Shown here in pieces: positions 38,596-48,309 of a stretch of 64,000 bases of DNA. Made by a program: the position numbers and the translations under genes. Source of the DNA: Chlorobiota bacterium (lineage in GTDB: Bacteria; Bacteroidota; Ignavibacteria; Kapaibacteriales; UBA2268); assembly GCA_041596515.1 (NCBI GenBank), contig JBFHIJ010000005.1, positions 64,330 through 128,329 of the forward strand, read 5' to 3'. The number at the start of each line of letters is the position of its first letter. Positions within the stretch are counted from its first letter, which is position 1. The notes beneath the pieces are model-generated. The model saw nothing but the letters and a program-made list of their open reading frames with translations. It made no database searches and had not been told where the DNA came from.

Positions 38596-40518
38596 TTACA
38601 CTTCCTCCGACGAAAATTCATTTACAAGTTTTAGTATGTCAAATCCATTTACTCTACCACGAAGCTTTTTCATTATAGAACCCATCAGAATTTTACCTTT
38701 TCTGTCAGGGTATTTGATGCGAATTTTCTTGATTACATCGCGAGCTTCATTGATTCTGCCTTTCATTTCAGATTCGGAGCATTTTTCCGGAAGATTATCT
38801 TTAGAAATTTCACCAAGCACTATCGCACGTTTTAGTGCATCATAGATGCCATCTTTAGCAAGTTTGCCTGATTTATATAACTCAAAGATAGTAAGGAAGT
38901 GCTCTTCATTTAAAAATTCAGTTTCCAAGCCTGCTTTCTTCAGTCTTTTAACAAACTGAGTCAAGGTAACTGCAGCAAGTATTGGATCTACATCCATAGC
39001 AACAATTTTGTCAAATGTAGAAGCAAAAGGAGAAATAGCTAAAGACTTGATAGAATCTTCAGGAACTCCAAGTCTATAGTATTTAGATTCTCTTTCCCAA
39101 TATGGTTCAGTAAGTGAGTCTTTGATTCTTTGCAATCTTTCAGCCGAAATAGTTTTTGGAGGAAGATCTGTATCAGGGTACATCCTTTCAGGGCCGGGCA
39201 ATATGCGTTCGAAGCCGGTTGTGCCATCTATAAGAGCTTGCCTTGTTTCTGAAGGAATACCGATAGTAGCTTCTTTTGCTCTGATAATAATTTCGTTGAC
39301 GCCAGTTTTTACATCTTCTTCACTACCCCAAACAAGTACTATAGAATCCATATCGGTAGCACCAACTGCTTTTTTCAAAGAGCTCCATTCATGAGAAGAA
39401 AGCTTTTCGGAAGGGCTGTCAGAGTGAATAATGTTTGGCAAGTCAGAAAGGCAAGCAATAACTCGTACTCTGTCAGAAATCTCTTTAGAAAATACAGTAT
39501 CAGTTTGAGTTTGCCAAGTAAGAAGATTTTTGAATCCTTTAAGCCTAACGCAGCTAACCTTTTTGTCGTTGTCAATCACATCTTTGATGACTTGGAAGCG
39601 AGTCTTTCTTAAAACTTTAGTTACATCTTTGGAGTTTGCCTCAAAAGTTTCTTCAGTGATGCCTCTATTTGCCAACTCATCTTTGAGTCTAAGCAAATTC
39701 CACTGTCTCATAGCTTCATTATAAGTAAGGCGTGGCACATTTTTTATTTTGTGAACACCTTTGATTTCGATACGAGTGCCACCGGTAACAGAAACGTTAA
39801 CGTCCTGCCTGCCTGCACCTATACCGGTGCGAACATGACCGGTAGAGCGAGCTATTCGTCTTATGATTTCATTTACTTCCGCTACTTCCTGAGGAGTTTT
39901 CATTTCCGGTTCAGTAACAGTTTCGATAAGTGGCATGCCTAAGCGGTCAGTCAAATATATACGAGTGTGTCCCTGATCGCTAAATTCGCGACAGGAATCC
40001 TCTTCTATAGACATCTGAATAAGATTGATAGTCCTATCTTTATAGGGAATAGAGCCACCAATGCAAGTGATAGCAGTTCTCTGGAAACCAGTAGGGATGG
40101 AGCCATCCAAGTACTGTTTTCTGGCAATATGAAGCTCATTAACGATAGTAGCGTCATAGAGCATACCAACTTCAATTGCGATGTCTAAAGCTTGATCATT
40201 AATCTGGAATGGAGGAGTGTCGTCCATTTCATAAGTACAAACAGTATCGTAGTTAATGCGATAAAGAATTTCTTTTTTTGTTTTGAATTCCATTAATGCA
40301 GTGCCGTCATATTCACCGAGTTCGGAGAGAGTTGGTCTCATGTGGCGTAAAATTTCAGCATTGTATTTGTGGTTGTTGTAATGACCGGCAGGGCAGCGGC
40401 AAAAAAGCTTTTTATCGGTTAAAAGTTGCTGGTGAACTTCCAAACCGGATTTAAAACCAATTTTTGCATAGTCCTCGTTGGTCATTTCTTCAAAAGGTTT
40501 AAACTTGAAATCAGACAT
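38596..40518 (-). CDS. gatE: Glutamyl-tRNA(Gln) amidotransferase subunit E (archaeal-type)
   Basis: 640 aa. GFKSGLEVHQQLLTDKKLFCRCP, RPTLSELGEYDGTALMEF, GSIPTGFQRTAI, LTDRLGMPLIETVTEP, GAGRQDVNVSV..RIEIKG and a C-terminal GatB/YqeY-like tail. Length and insertions fit GatE rather than the ~480-aa GatB. Confidence 0.85.
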   Translation of the reverse strand: MSDFKFKPFEEMTNEDYAKIGFKSGLEVHQQLLTDKKLFCRCPAGHYNNHKYNAEILRHMRPTLSELGEYDGTALMEFKTKKEILYRINYDTVCTYEMDDTPPFQINDQALDIAIEVGMLYDATIVNELHIARKQYLDGSIPTGFQRTAITCIGGSIPYKDRTINLIQMSIEEDSCREFSDQGHTRIYLTDRLGMPLIETVTEPEMKTPQEVAEVNEIIRRIARSTGHVRTGIGAGRQDVNVSVTGGTRIEIKGVHKIKNVPRLTYNEAMRQWNLLRLKDELANRGITEETFEANSKDVTKVLRKTRFQVIKDVIDNDKKVSCVRLKGFKNLLTWQTQTDTVFSKEISDRVRVIACLSDLPNIIHSDSPSEKLSSHEWSSLKKAVGATDMDSIVLVWGSEEDVKTGVNEIIIRAKEATIGIPSETRQALIDGTTGFERILPGPERMYPDTDLPPKTISAERLQRIKDSLTEPYWERESKYYRLGVPEDSIKSLAISPFASTFDKIVAMDVDPILAAVTLTQFVKRLKKAGLETEFLNEEHFLTIFELYKSGKLAKDGIYDALKRAIVLGEISKDNLPEKCSESEMKGRINEARDVIKKIRIKYPDRKGKILMGSIMKKLRGRVNGFDILKLVNEFSSEEV

Positions 40519-40850
40519 AGCTTACCTTCGGAATTTATTTATATAAAGAGTTTGCAGTTTGGATATAATCTAAGATATTTCAAAGATTTATATGATTCAG
40601 ACTACTGATTAATAGACAACAATATACGAATAATGAGCGATAATATCTAAATTTTAGGTGAATTATTTGCTTTTTGCTAAATATTCGTCCTATAAATAGT
40701 GCAATATTTAACAAGGGATTATAGGAATTGTAGTTGTAAATACAGAAGGCGATTGAGCTTGAAGAAATAATAATAAAACAATAATAATATACATCTGTTA
40801 CGTTTCTAATAATAAGAATGCTTCATTATAAAATAGACAGAGGTGCTGTA

Positions 40851-41756
40851 ATGGAACGTAAATTAACACTATTGATAGTGACTATAGTTTTTGCCTTAGT
40901 TGCTTGTACCGAAAAGAAAGTGGAACAAATTCCGCAAACTGTCGAACCTGTAGATGTATTGTTAAATCATGTATACGTTGTTGTAGATTCGGCTACATAT
41001 AACGATATATCTTCGTCTAAATTTATTATTCACCAATTTGCTGATTTTATACAATCGACTTCCTCTACTGAGGACGATGAAACTTGGACCGGAACTTATT
41101 TGAGTGGTGAACAAACTTACCTGGAAATTCTGAACGCAAGCCAAAGAGACAATAGTAATGCCAGCTTCTGTGGTTTAGGTTTTTGTACAGAAACCATTGG
41201 AGATATTGAAAACTTGAAAGTCTTGATGCAAAATAAAATTGACTGTGATGTAAATGTTGTACTTAGGAAAAAGAAAGCTGCGGACACGGTATTTCCTTGG
41301 TTCAAGCAAATTATCTGCGAAAAGTACAAACAAAATTATGTAATGGATACATGGATACTTGAGTATGATCAAGACTATCTCAAAAACATGCTTCCTAATG
41401 GCTCTTCCGATGACTGGGGCATAACCAGAAAGCACTATAACAAACGTTACTTTGATGATAGTAGATATCTGAAAGATATAACGGGAGTGACAGTAGCACT
41501 TGATAAGAAAAACTACGAAGCTCTTGTACACAAATTTGAAATATTTGGATACCTTGTTATAAAAGACGGAATTAAAACTCTTTGCAAAGGTCAAGGCGTG
41601 GAATATAAGATAATTCCTGCGTCTCTGGGGCAGGTAGGAATTCAAAAGATTAAGTTTTCACTTCTAAAAGCTAAAGAAGGCGAAAAACTTTATACATTCG
41701 GAGAAGATTCTAAAATAATCTTTTATGATAATTTAACAGCGGAATGGTATTTCTAA
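40851..41756 (+). CDS. Hypothetical lipoprotein
   Basis: Start at ATG 40851 (GAGGTG 5 nt upstream) gives MERKLTLLIVTIVFALVAC, a lipobox-like LVAC. No family recognised. Confidence 0.6.
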   Translation: MERKLTLLIVTIVFALVACTEKKVEQIPQTVEPVDVLLNHVYVVVDSATYNDISSSKFIIHQFADFIQSTSSTEDDETWTGTYLSGEQTYLEILNASQRDNSNASFCGLGFCTETIGDIENLKVLMQNKIDCDVNVVLRKKKAADTVFPWFKQIICEKYKQNYVMDTWILEYDQDYLKNMLPNGSSDDWGITRKHYNKRYFDDSRYLKDITGVTVALDKKNYEALVHKFEIFGYLVIKDGIKTLCKGQGVEYKIIPASLGQVGIQKIKFSLLKAKEGEKLYTFGEDSKIIFYDNLTAEWYF

Positions 41757-41890
41757 TACAAAGTGATTATAAAAAGATTTAAGTTAATTTTAAAACGGCT
41801 ATCCGCAAATACTAATATCATTTTTAGATAGTTGCTATTTTTGGAACAAATGCTGGAATTTGTATTAGTGATATAGGATATAAAAGCTAA

Positions 41891-41930
41891 AAAAAGATGT
41901 CTTGAATTATATTTTTCAAGACATCTTTTT
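41891..41930. terminator. Bidirectional terminator between convergent genes
   Basis: aagatgtcttgaa / ttcaagacatctt form a perfect 13-bp stem with an 8-nt loop, flanked by A- and T-runs. Confidence 0.7.
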
Positions 41931-41971
41931 GTTAAGTATTTGCAAAATGTAATATTTTAATTTCAGGTAAC

Positions 41972-43165
41972 TTAGAATCGCAAATTCAATCCAAAATTCA
42001 AACCTGTTTTCGTAGTTGCATATTGCAGATTGTTTGACTTATATGTCAAAAGGCTAGTTCCGTATCCAAAAGTTAAAGCGTAAGTATTGGATAATCTATA
42101 TTCGCCACCAAGATAAGCTGCAAATACAGGACCACGGGACGAACCACCACCATTAACTCTTAAGTAAGGAGTGATACCTGCCAGTTTGAAATCATTCATC
42201 AAATATCTAAAGCTTAGTGCATACCAAAATACGTAAGGATCCTCGTATAAACCTTCTACAGCAGTTGAGAAATTATATTCCTCGCGTCCGCCTTCCAGAC
42301 CGAAAGCAATCTCATCTGATAATTTCATCATTATACCAGCGGCAAAGTTTTTCATTGGATTAAAAACTTGGCTTGCCTGACCGCTACCGCTTACGTTATA
42401 GATACCTCTAAGATGTAATGACCATTCTCGTTCTTGTCTTGCATTGTGTAACGTTTTGACTTCTGCTATTGAGAAATCGGAATTACCACTTTTCATATCT
42501 AATTGAGCATTAGATGCAAATAAAGAACTTTGATTTATATTACCTAATGCAAAGTTAGAAGCATGTCCTTCATCATTTGATGAAATGAAGCTGTTTGGCA
42601 ACTCGGCACGAGCAGAACTTGCGAACACCTCTATCGGCAAATCATTTGTAACAACTTCACTATTAGAATAGTTTGTTCTTGCTGATTGATTATCTACGAT
42701 TTCAGTATTGGCAGTATTGGTAAGTGTCTGTAGTTTATCATTGTTTACTGAGCTAATTACAGGAACAGATATAGCTTCTGATGAGTTAGCCTCTATAGTA
42801 TTGGTATCAGTAGAAGCATTGTAAACTAATGGCAAGGTAATTGATAACATTAAAAGCATGAGAGGTGCCGCAACACGTCTCATAAATCTAGACCAATCAA
42901 ATCCCAAAGGAGTAATCTTTGGCTTTTGAGCGTAACCTAACTTATTAAACAAGTCAGCTGTTACATTAGGTGGAGGAGCAAATGCTTCGCTGTCGGATTT
43001 GATAGCATCGCGCATGGCTAAAGTTTCCTTTAGCTGAGCCTGCAAATCAGTATCTTTTGCCATTTCGGCGAAAAGTGACTGCTCATTTGCATTATGAAGC
43101 TCTCCATCCATAAGGAGCGAAAGGATTTCCTCTCTGCTTAAATCACTATGATTAAATTTATCCAT
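41972..43165 (-). CDS. Anti-sigma factor (RseA-like N-terminus, single TM) with C-terminal beta-barrel-like domain
   Basis: Lies 5 nt downstream of the ECF sigma gene. SREEILSLLMDGELHNANEQ..LAMRDAIKSD resembles the RseA N-terminal domain. TM VAAPLMLLMLSITLPLVY. Ser/Asn/Thr-rich linker. The last ~150 aa have an alternating pattern and end GLNFGLNLRF. Confidence 0.6.
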   Translation of the reverse strand: MDKFNHSDLSREEILSLLMDGELHNANEQSLFAEMAKDTDLQAQLKETLAMRDAIKSDSEAFAPPPNVTADLFNKLGYAQKPKITPLGFDWSRFMRRVAAPLMLLMLSITLPLVYNASTDTNTIEANSSEAISVPVISSVNNDKLQTLTNTANTEIVDNQSARTNYSNSEVVTNDLPIEVFASSARAELPNSFISSNDEGHASNFALGNINQSSLFASNAQLDMKSGNSDFSIAEVKTLHNARQEREWSLHLRGIYNVSGSGQASQVFNPMKNFAAGIMMKLSDEIAFGLEGGREEYNFSTAVEGLYEDPYVFWYALSFRYLMNDFKLAGITPYLRVNGGGSSRGPVFAAYLGGEYRLSNTYALTFGYGTSLLTYKSNNLQYATTKTGLNFGLNLRF

Positions 43166-43170
43166 AATCG

Positions 43171-43740
43171 TTATCTGTATTTTGTCAATTCTTTCATATA
43201 AGGTGCAAGTATTTCGCGCATCTTCTTTTTTGCTCTAAATATTTTTACTTTAACAGTATCAATATTTGTATTCATGATTTCAGCAATTTCGAGATAAGAA
43301 AAGCCGTCGTATTCTCTTAAAACAAAGTACTCTCTGTACTCTTCCGGCATTTGTTTCAGTCCCTTTTTGATTAGACCTAAGAGCTCTTTTTTATCGGAGG
43401 ATGATTCATCATCCTGAACGCCCATATAGTCTTCGTAGGATACATCTACATTTTCTTTTCTAACAGCGTTGATACACAAATTTCTGGTAATCCTCATCAA
43501 AAAGCCGGGAACATTAGTCATTTCTCTATTCTTATCGGCACTTTGGTGAAACTTCAAAAATGCTTCTTGAAAAATATCATTAGCTTCGTCCTTATCTCCC
43601 ATAAATCTAAGGCAGTAAGAATATACCTTTCCTGATAGCCTTGCGTATAACTCAGCAAAAGCAAATTCTGCTGTTTTTCTATCATCGCAGAGCATATAGT
43701 ATAATTGGGCATCACTATATTCTTCAGTTTTTTTTTGCAT
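43171..43740 (-). CDS. ECF-type RNA polymerase sigma-70 family factor
   Basis: 189 aa. Region 2 (DANDIFQEAFLKFHQS..PGFLMRITRNLCINAVR) and region 4 (YREYFVLREYDGFSYLEIAEIMNTNIDTVKVKIFRAKKKM). Confidence 0.9.
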   Translation of the reverse strand: MQKKTEEYSDAQLYYMLCDDRKTAEFAFAELYARLSGKVYSYCLRFMGDKDEANDIFQEAFLKFHQSADKNREMTNVPGFLMRITRNLCINAVRKENVDVSYEDYMGVQDDESSSDKKELLGLIKKGLKQMPEEYREYFVLREYDGFSYLEIAEIMNTNIDTVKVKIFRAKKKMREILAPYMKELTKYR

Positions 43741-43799
43741 CTTGTATATATAACAATAAATGGAAATAAATGTTACACAAGTCTATAAAAAAAAGCGAC

Positions 43800-44231
43800 T
43801 TATTTGTCGCCTTTTTGATTTTTATCAAAAAATATTATTTCAAAACTACTTATTGGATCTTCAGCGTTGGAGTATACATCAAACTCTACCCGCCTTGCAT
43901 CACCATAAAGACCATGTTTATTAATCGATATATATATCTTTCCTGTTTTGCCGGGTTCTATAGTGCCTTGCTGCAGTGTGCCGGAAGAGCAGGAACAACT
44001 GGCTTCTACTTTCTTGAGTTTTAAAGTAGCATTACCATAATTATGGACAACAACCATAGTGTCAAAAAATTGACCTTCATGTCCGTAGAGTTCTAACTTT
44101 TTAGGACTAAAATCAATAATTGCTTTTGTCGAATCGCAAGGTACACTTTGGCCGTCTATAGCTTGCACCTCATTCTCTGCGAACATAGAGAGGTAAGCTA
44201 TCAAAGGAATTATCAATATTATGTATTTCAT
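43800..44231 (-). CDS. DUF1573-domain secreted protein
   Basis: Start at ATG 44231 gives the signal peptide MKYIILIIPLIAYLSMFA. VVVHNYGNATLKLKKVEASCSCSSG..IEPGKTGKIYISI matches the DUF1573 pattern (N.G...L.I..V..SCGC). Confidence 0.7.
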   Translation of the reverse strand: MKYIILIIPLIAYLSMFAENEVQAIDGQSVPCDSTKAIIDFSPKKLELYGHEGQFFDTMVVVHNYGNATLKLKKVEASCSCSSGTLQQGTIEPGKTGKIYISINKHGLYGDARRVEFDVYSNAEDPISSFEIIFFDKNQKGDK

Positions 44232-44232
44232 T

Positions 44233-44967
44233 TTAAGAGCCAATTAAGTCATCAAATACATCTGCAAACGAATAAAATCCTTTTTTCTCTGATATCCATT
44301 TCGCAGCCATCAACGCACCTTTTGCAAAACCAGTTCTGTTTTTAGCACGGTGAGTTAACTCTATAGCGTCAGCATCCGAGTCAAAATACACAGTATGCGT
44401 TCCTGCGACACTGCCGATTCTGGACGAAGTAACATGAAGTTGTTCTCTATCTATTTTCTCATGACAAGTCTCTTTTTCTATACTTGTTTTTCTCTCAATG
44501 TTGTCCATTAGTATATTTGCAATCGCTATAGCAGACCCACTAGGGCTATCTTTCTTGAGTTTATGATGGATTTCATGTACTCCTATATCGTAGTCATTTA
44601 AGCTATTAATCAGTTGACCTGAATTTTCCAATAGCTTATAAAACGCCTGCATACCTAAAGAGAAGTTAGAGCCCCATACGCAAGAGCCATTTGCAGCTTC
44701 AGTGTCTGCCTTGAATCTATCTATTTTGTCATACCACCCTGTGGTGCCTATCACAATACTTTTTCCTAACGAAAGGATTTTATGTAGATTATCTTCGATG
44801 GCTCTGTGAGTAGTAAAGTCAATAGCAACATCGAAATCAATTTTATCCAACTCATCCAAATTGTCGGACAAATCAAATTTAGCCACGATTTCTACACCCA
44901 TTTCATTGGCAAGGGAGGCAATCATCTTGCCCATCTGTCCGTAACCAAGTAATACAACTTTAGTCAT
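44233..44967 (-). CDS. dapB: 4-hydroxy-tetrahydrodipicolinate reductase
   Basis: VVLLGYGQMGKMI (NAD(P) fold) and EIHHKLKKDSPSGSA (E-HH-K-D-PSG-A signature). Confidence 0.93.
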   Translation of the reverse strand: MTKVVLLGYGQMGKMIASLANEMGVEIVAKFDLSDNLDELDKIDFDVAIDFTTHRAIEDNLHKILSLGKSIVIGTTGWYDKIDRFKADTEAANGSCVWGSNFSLGMQAFYKLLENSGQLINSLNDYDIGVHEIHHKLKKDSPSGSAIAIANILMDNIERKTSIEKETCHEKIDREQLHVTSSRIGSVAGTHTVYFDSDADAIELTHRAKNRTGFAKGALMAAKWISEKKGFYSFADVFDDLIGS

Positions 44968-44970
44968 AAC

Positions 44971-45663
44971 TTATTCCTTAATAAATCCATCTTCAATAGT
45001 AATAATTCTATCCGCTGCATTTGCTATCTCTTTTGAGTGGGTAGCGGTAACTACAGTTATATTGTACTCTTTTTTAATATTACTGATTAACTCAAGAAAA
45101 GCTTCGGAATTTTTAGTATCCAAATTGCCCGTAGGCTCATCGGCAAAAAGAATTTCCGGATCGTTGATTAACGAGCGAGCTATAGCAACTCTCTGCTGCT
45201 CCCCACCGGATAGCTCACTAGGCTTGTGGTCTAATCTGTGGGAGACGCCTACTTTATCTAATAGTTTTTTCGCTTTATCTGTCAACTTAGATTTGCCTAC
45301 GCCGGCAATCATTCCGGGAATCATTACATTTTCTAAAGCATTAAATTCCGGCATCAAGTGATGAAACTGGAAGATGAAGCCAATGTATCTATTTCTTATC
45401 GCAGCTATTTTTTCTTTACTTAACTCAGATATATCATAAGAAGACGAGTCTATATTTAAAAGTATTTTGCCTGAGTCGTTTTTTTCAAGCGAGCTGATTA
45501 GGTAAAGTAACGTACTTTTGCCTGCACCAGATGGTCCGACCAAGGCAAGGTATTCACCTCTGTGAACGTTGAGAGAAATGCCCTTAATCACTTCGGTAGC
45601 TAGCTTCCCATTAGTGTATGACTTATATAAGTCATTAGCTTTTATAATTATATTATTATCCAT
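44971..45663 (-). CDS. ABC transporter ATP-binding protein, LolD/MacB-type
   Basis: Walker A GPSGAGKSTLL, signature LSGGEQQRVAIARSL and Walker B ILFADEPTGNLD. Confidence 0.88.
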   Translation of the reverse strand: MDNNIIIKANDLYKSYTNGKLATEVIKGISLNVHRGEYLALVGPSGAGKSTLLYLISSLEKNDSGKILLNIDSSSYDISELSKEKIAAIRNRYIGFIFQFHHLMPEFNALENVMIPGMIAGVGKSKLTDKAKKLLDKVGVSHRLDHKPSELSGGEQQRVAIARSLINDPEILFADEPTGNLDTKNSEAFLELISNIKKEYNITVVTATHSKEIANAADRIITIEDGFIKE

Positions 45664-45681
45664 ACTGCTAATATAAAAAAA

Positions 45682-45704
45682 ACCGTGGGAATAGCTCTCA
45701 CGGT
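45682..45704 (-). terminator. Probable terminator after pheS
   Basis: accgtg / cacggt stem, extendable with mismatches, flanked by an A8 run (T-run on the minus strand) and tttttt. Confidence 0.5.
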
Positions 45705-45738
45705 TTTTTATAAAACATCTATATTGTTCGTTTTAAAT

Positions 45739-46752
45739 TTAGAATTGATTTAAAACTCTAATATCATTTTCGTAAAGAAGTCTTATATCATCAATGCCAG
45801 TTCGGAGCATTGCCACTCTTTCGATACCAAATCCAAAAGCATAACCTGTAAACTCTTCAGGATCAATATTTCCAGATTTCAGTACGTTAGGATGAACCAT
45901 CCCACAGCCGGCAATTTCTAACCAACCGGTACCTTTACAAATTTTGCAGCCTTCTCCTCCACACAAGAAACAAGTGATATCCATTTCGGCACTTGGCTCT
46001 GTGAAAGGGAAGAAAGAAGGGCGGAATCTAAACTTAGAGTTTTCGCCATACATCTTCTTAGCAAAAATCATCATAGTGCCTTTCAGCTCAGCAAAGGATA
46101 CATTTTTATCAATATAAAGCCCTTCGATTTGATGAAACTCAGCAAGAGAGCGAGCATTGATAGCTTCGTTTCTGTATACTCTTCCCGGCATTATAGATCG
46201 AATGGGAGGCTCTTGGCCTTGCATTACTCTGATTTGCACAGGAGAAGTGTGAGTGCGAAGAAGCAAATCTTTGTCAGATTTGACAAAGAAAGTATCTTGC
46301 ATATCACGAGCAGGATGATCAGGAGGGAAATTAAGAGCATCAAAATTGTGATAGTCATCTTCAATTTCCGGCCCTTCCGCTACAGCGAAGCCCATATCCG
46401 TGAAAATAGATACCATTTCATCCATAATTTGAAGGACAGGATGGTAAGTACCTCTATTTGAAGATCTTCCCGGTAGAGAAAGGTCTAAATCGGGAGATTT
46501 ATCATTATCTTCGGAAAAATTAGCTAAAATAGATTCATAAGTCGATTCGGCAAAACTCTTCAAAATATTAAGTTCTTTGCCGACAACAGGCTTTAAATCT
46601 TTGGGAACATCTTTCATTTTAAGCAAAAGTTGCTGCAGATGACCTTTTTTAACTAAAAACTCAAGCCGGAATTGCGTAAGCTCTTCCGGCGTAGAGATAT
46701 TCTGAAGCTTTTCTTCAATTTTATTCTTTAGGGATCTTATTTCTTCAATCAT
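45739..46752 (-). CDS. pheS: Phenylalanine--tRNA ligase alpha subunit
   Basis: [27 protein letters not shown] and [10 protein letters not shown] class II motifs. Confidence 0.95.
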   Translation of the reverse strand: MIEEIRSLKNKIEEKLQNISTPEELTQFRLEFLVKKGHLQQLLLKMKDVPKDLKPVVGKELNILKSFAESTYESILANFSEDNDKSPDLDLSLPGRSSNRGTYHPVLQIMDEMVSIFTDMGFAVAEGPEIEDDYHNFDALNFPPDHPARDMQDTFFVKSDKDLLLRTHTSPVQIRVMQGQEPPIRSIMPGRVYRNEAINARSLAEFHQIEGLYIDKNVSFAELKGTMMIFAKKMYGENSKFRFRPSFFPFTEPSAEMDITCFLCGGEGCKICKGTGWLEIAGCGMVHPNVLKSGNIDPEEFTGYAFGFGIERVAMLRTGIDDIRLLYENDIRVLNQF

Positions 46753-46785
46753 GATCCTTATCTTGTTTTTATTGAAAAAAAAGAA

Positions 46786-47133
46786 TTAAGCAACGGCTTT
46801 TTTGCAAATAGCAGCGAAAATTGCAGGTTTGTGCATCGCCAAATCAGCTAAAACTTTACGATTGATAAGGATGTTGTTTTTCTTCAATCCATTAATCAAA
46901 CGAGAGTAAGTAGTGCCATTAATACGAGCAGCAGCATTGATACGAACAATCCAAAGTCTGCGGTATTGGCGTTTTTTTAACTTACGACCAACGTAAGCAT
47001 GTTGTAAACCTTTTTCAATGTGATTTTTCGCAACCGTCCAAACATTTTTTCTAGCTCCCCAATAACCTTTGGCGAGTTTTAAAATTCTTCTGCGTCTACG
47101 GTGCGAAGCTACTTTATTGACAGCTCTTGCCAT
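46786..47133 (-). CDS. rplT: 50S ribosomal protein bL20
   Basis: [30 protein letters not shown]..., 115 aa. Confidence 0.95.
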   Translation of the reverse strand: MARAVNKVASHRRRRRILKLAKGYWGARKNVWTVAKNHIEKGLQHAYVGRKLKKRQYRRLWIVRINAAARINGTTYSRLINGLKKNNILINRKVLADLAMHKPAIFAAICKKAVA

Positions 47134-47258
47134 TTATACACCTTTGTGTAAATTTAAACAATAAATTTGGCGTGGGGGGAGCTTCACTTAATTTACCCCT
47201 TTAGCCTTTTTTAGAAAGAAAGCGGAAAAACTTTCAGCAAGTAGGTAAGAAGTTAATC

Positions 47259-47456
47259 TTAACCTTGACCCATAAGTTTTTTTACTCTTGGCTCATCCAC
47301 CTTGCAGACATAAGTAAGCTCTCTAAGACCTCTTTTTCTCTTAGGAGTTTTTTTAGTCAATATGTGGCTTGCATAAGCTTTTGCCCTTTTAAACTTGCCG
47401 CTTCCGGTTAATTTGAACCTTTTTTTAGCGGAGCCGTTAGTCTTCATTTTAGGCAT
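47259..47456 (-). CDS. rpmI: 50S ribosomal protein bL35
   Basis: [36 protein letters not shown]. Start moved to ATG 47456, so the ORF-track N-terminal extension is discarded. Confidence 0.9.
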   Translation of the reverse strand: MPKMKTNGSAKKRFKLTGSGKFKRAKAYASHILTKKTPKRKRGLRELTYVCKVDEPRVKKLMGQG

Positions 47457-47546
47457 GGCTTTTCCTATATGTTTAATATAAAACAAATATCGGTTCTCGA
47501 CCAATACGAGAACCGATAATATACAAAAAAGATAAGAAATTTAAAA

Positions 47547-48131
47547 TTAACTTTTCTTAGACTTAAGTGGAGCAAGAATAACAGATAAGTTTCTGCCTTC
47601 GAACTTTATGTTGACATCCACCTTAGCCACATCTTTCATTTCTTCCACAAATCTTTTGAGGAGCTCGCGGCCAATTTCTTGGTGCGTAATCTCTCTACCT
47701 CTAAACAGCACAGAAGCTTTTACTTTATTGCCAGATTCAATAAAATCTCTTGCATGCCTTGTTTTGAAATTAAAATCGTGGTCTGCAGTTCTCCATTTGA
47801 AACGAATTTCTTTCATCTGAGATTGCTGCTGGTTCTTTCTCTGTTGCTTTTCTTTTTTCTGTATTTCATACAGAAACTTACCATAATCAATGATTTTGCA
47901 AACAGGAGGTTTAGCTTTTGGTGCAATTTCAACCAAATCTAATTCGGCTTCTTCTGCCATAAACAAAGCTTTCTTTGAATCCATGATGCCAAGCATTTCG
48001 CCTTCATCATCAATCAAACGTACTTCTTTTTCTCGTATTTCATCATTAGTACGGTGTTTTTTCTGAGTTGGTAAAACTCTTCTTCCCCTATTTCCAGGGG
48101 CAAAATGCGCAAGTAATAAAATCGGCTTCAA
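47547..48131 (-). CDS. infC: Translation initiation factor IF-3 (start codon uncertain)
   Basis: NDEIREKEVRLIDDEGEMLGIM, PPVCKIIDYGKFLYE and a C-terminal domain ending NLSVILAP. Sits in the classic infC-rpmI-rplT(-pheS) arrangement. Confidence 0.88.
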   Translation of the reverse strand: MKPILLLAHFAPGNRGRRVLPTQKKHRTNDEIREKEVRLIDDEGEMLGIMDSKKALFMAEEAELDLVEIAPKAKPPVCKIIDYGKFLYEIQKKEKQQRKNQQQSQMKEIRFKWRTADHDFNFKTRHARDFIESGNKVKASVLFRGREITHQEIGRELLKRFVEEMKDVAKVDVNIKFEGRNLSVILAPLKSKKS

Positions 48132-48309
48132 GTAATCCCTTCTCGTTAATTTATAATACTAGAAAAATATGCGACATATATTATACTGGAATATTTACAA
48201 ATATATAACAATATATACCAAAAATGCAAATTATTATAGAAGTCTTCTAAAAATTCCCTAAATTTGCCTTATTTCGTTTTACAAATTTACGAATTATTAT
48301 TGGTATAAT

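Noticed and set aside
41175-41645. 156-aa minus-strand ORF
   Set aside because: It lies entirely antisense within the 40851-41756 lipoprotein gene, which has the better start context and a lipobox.
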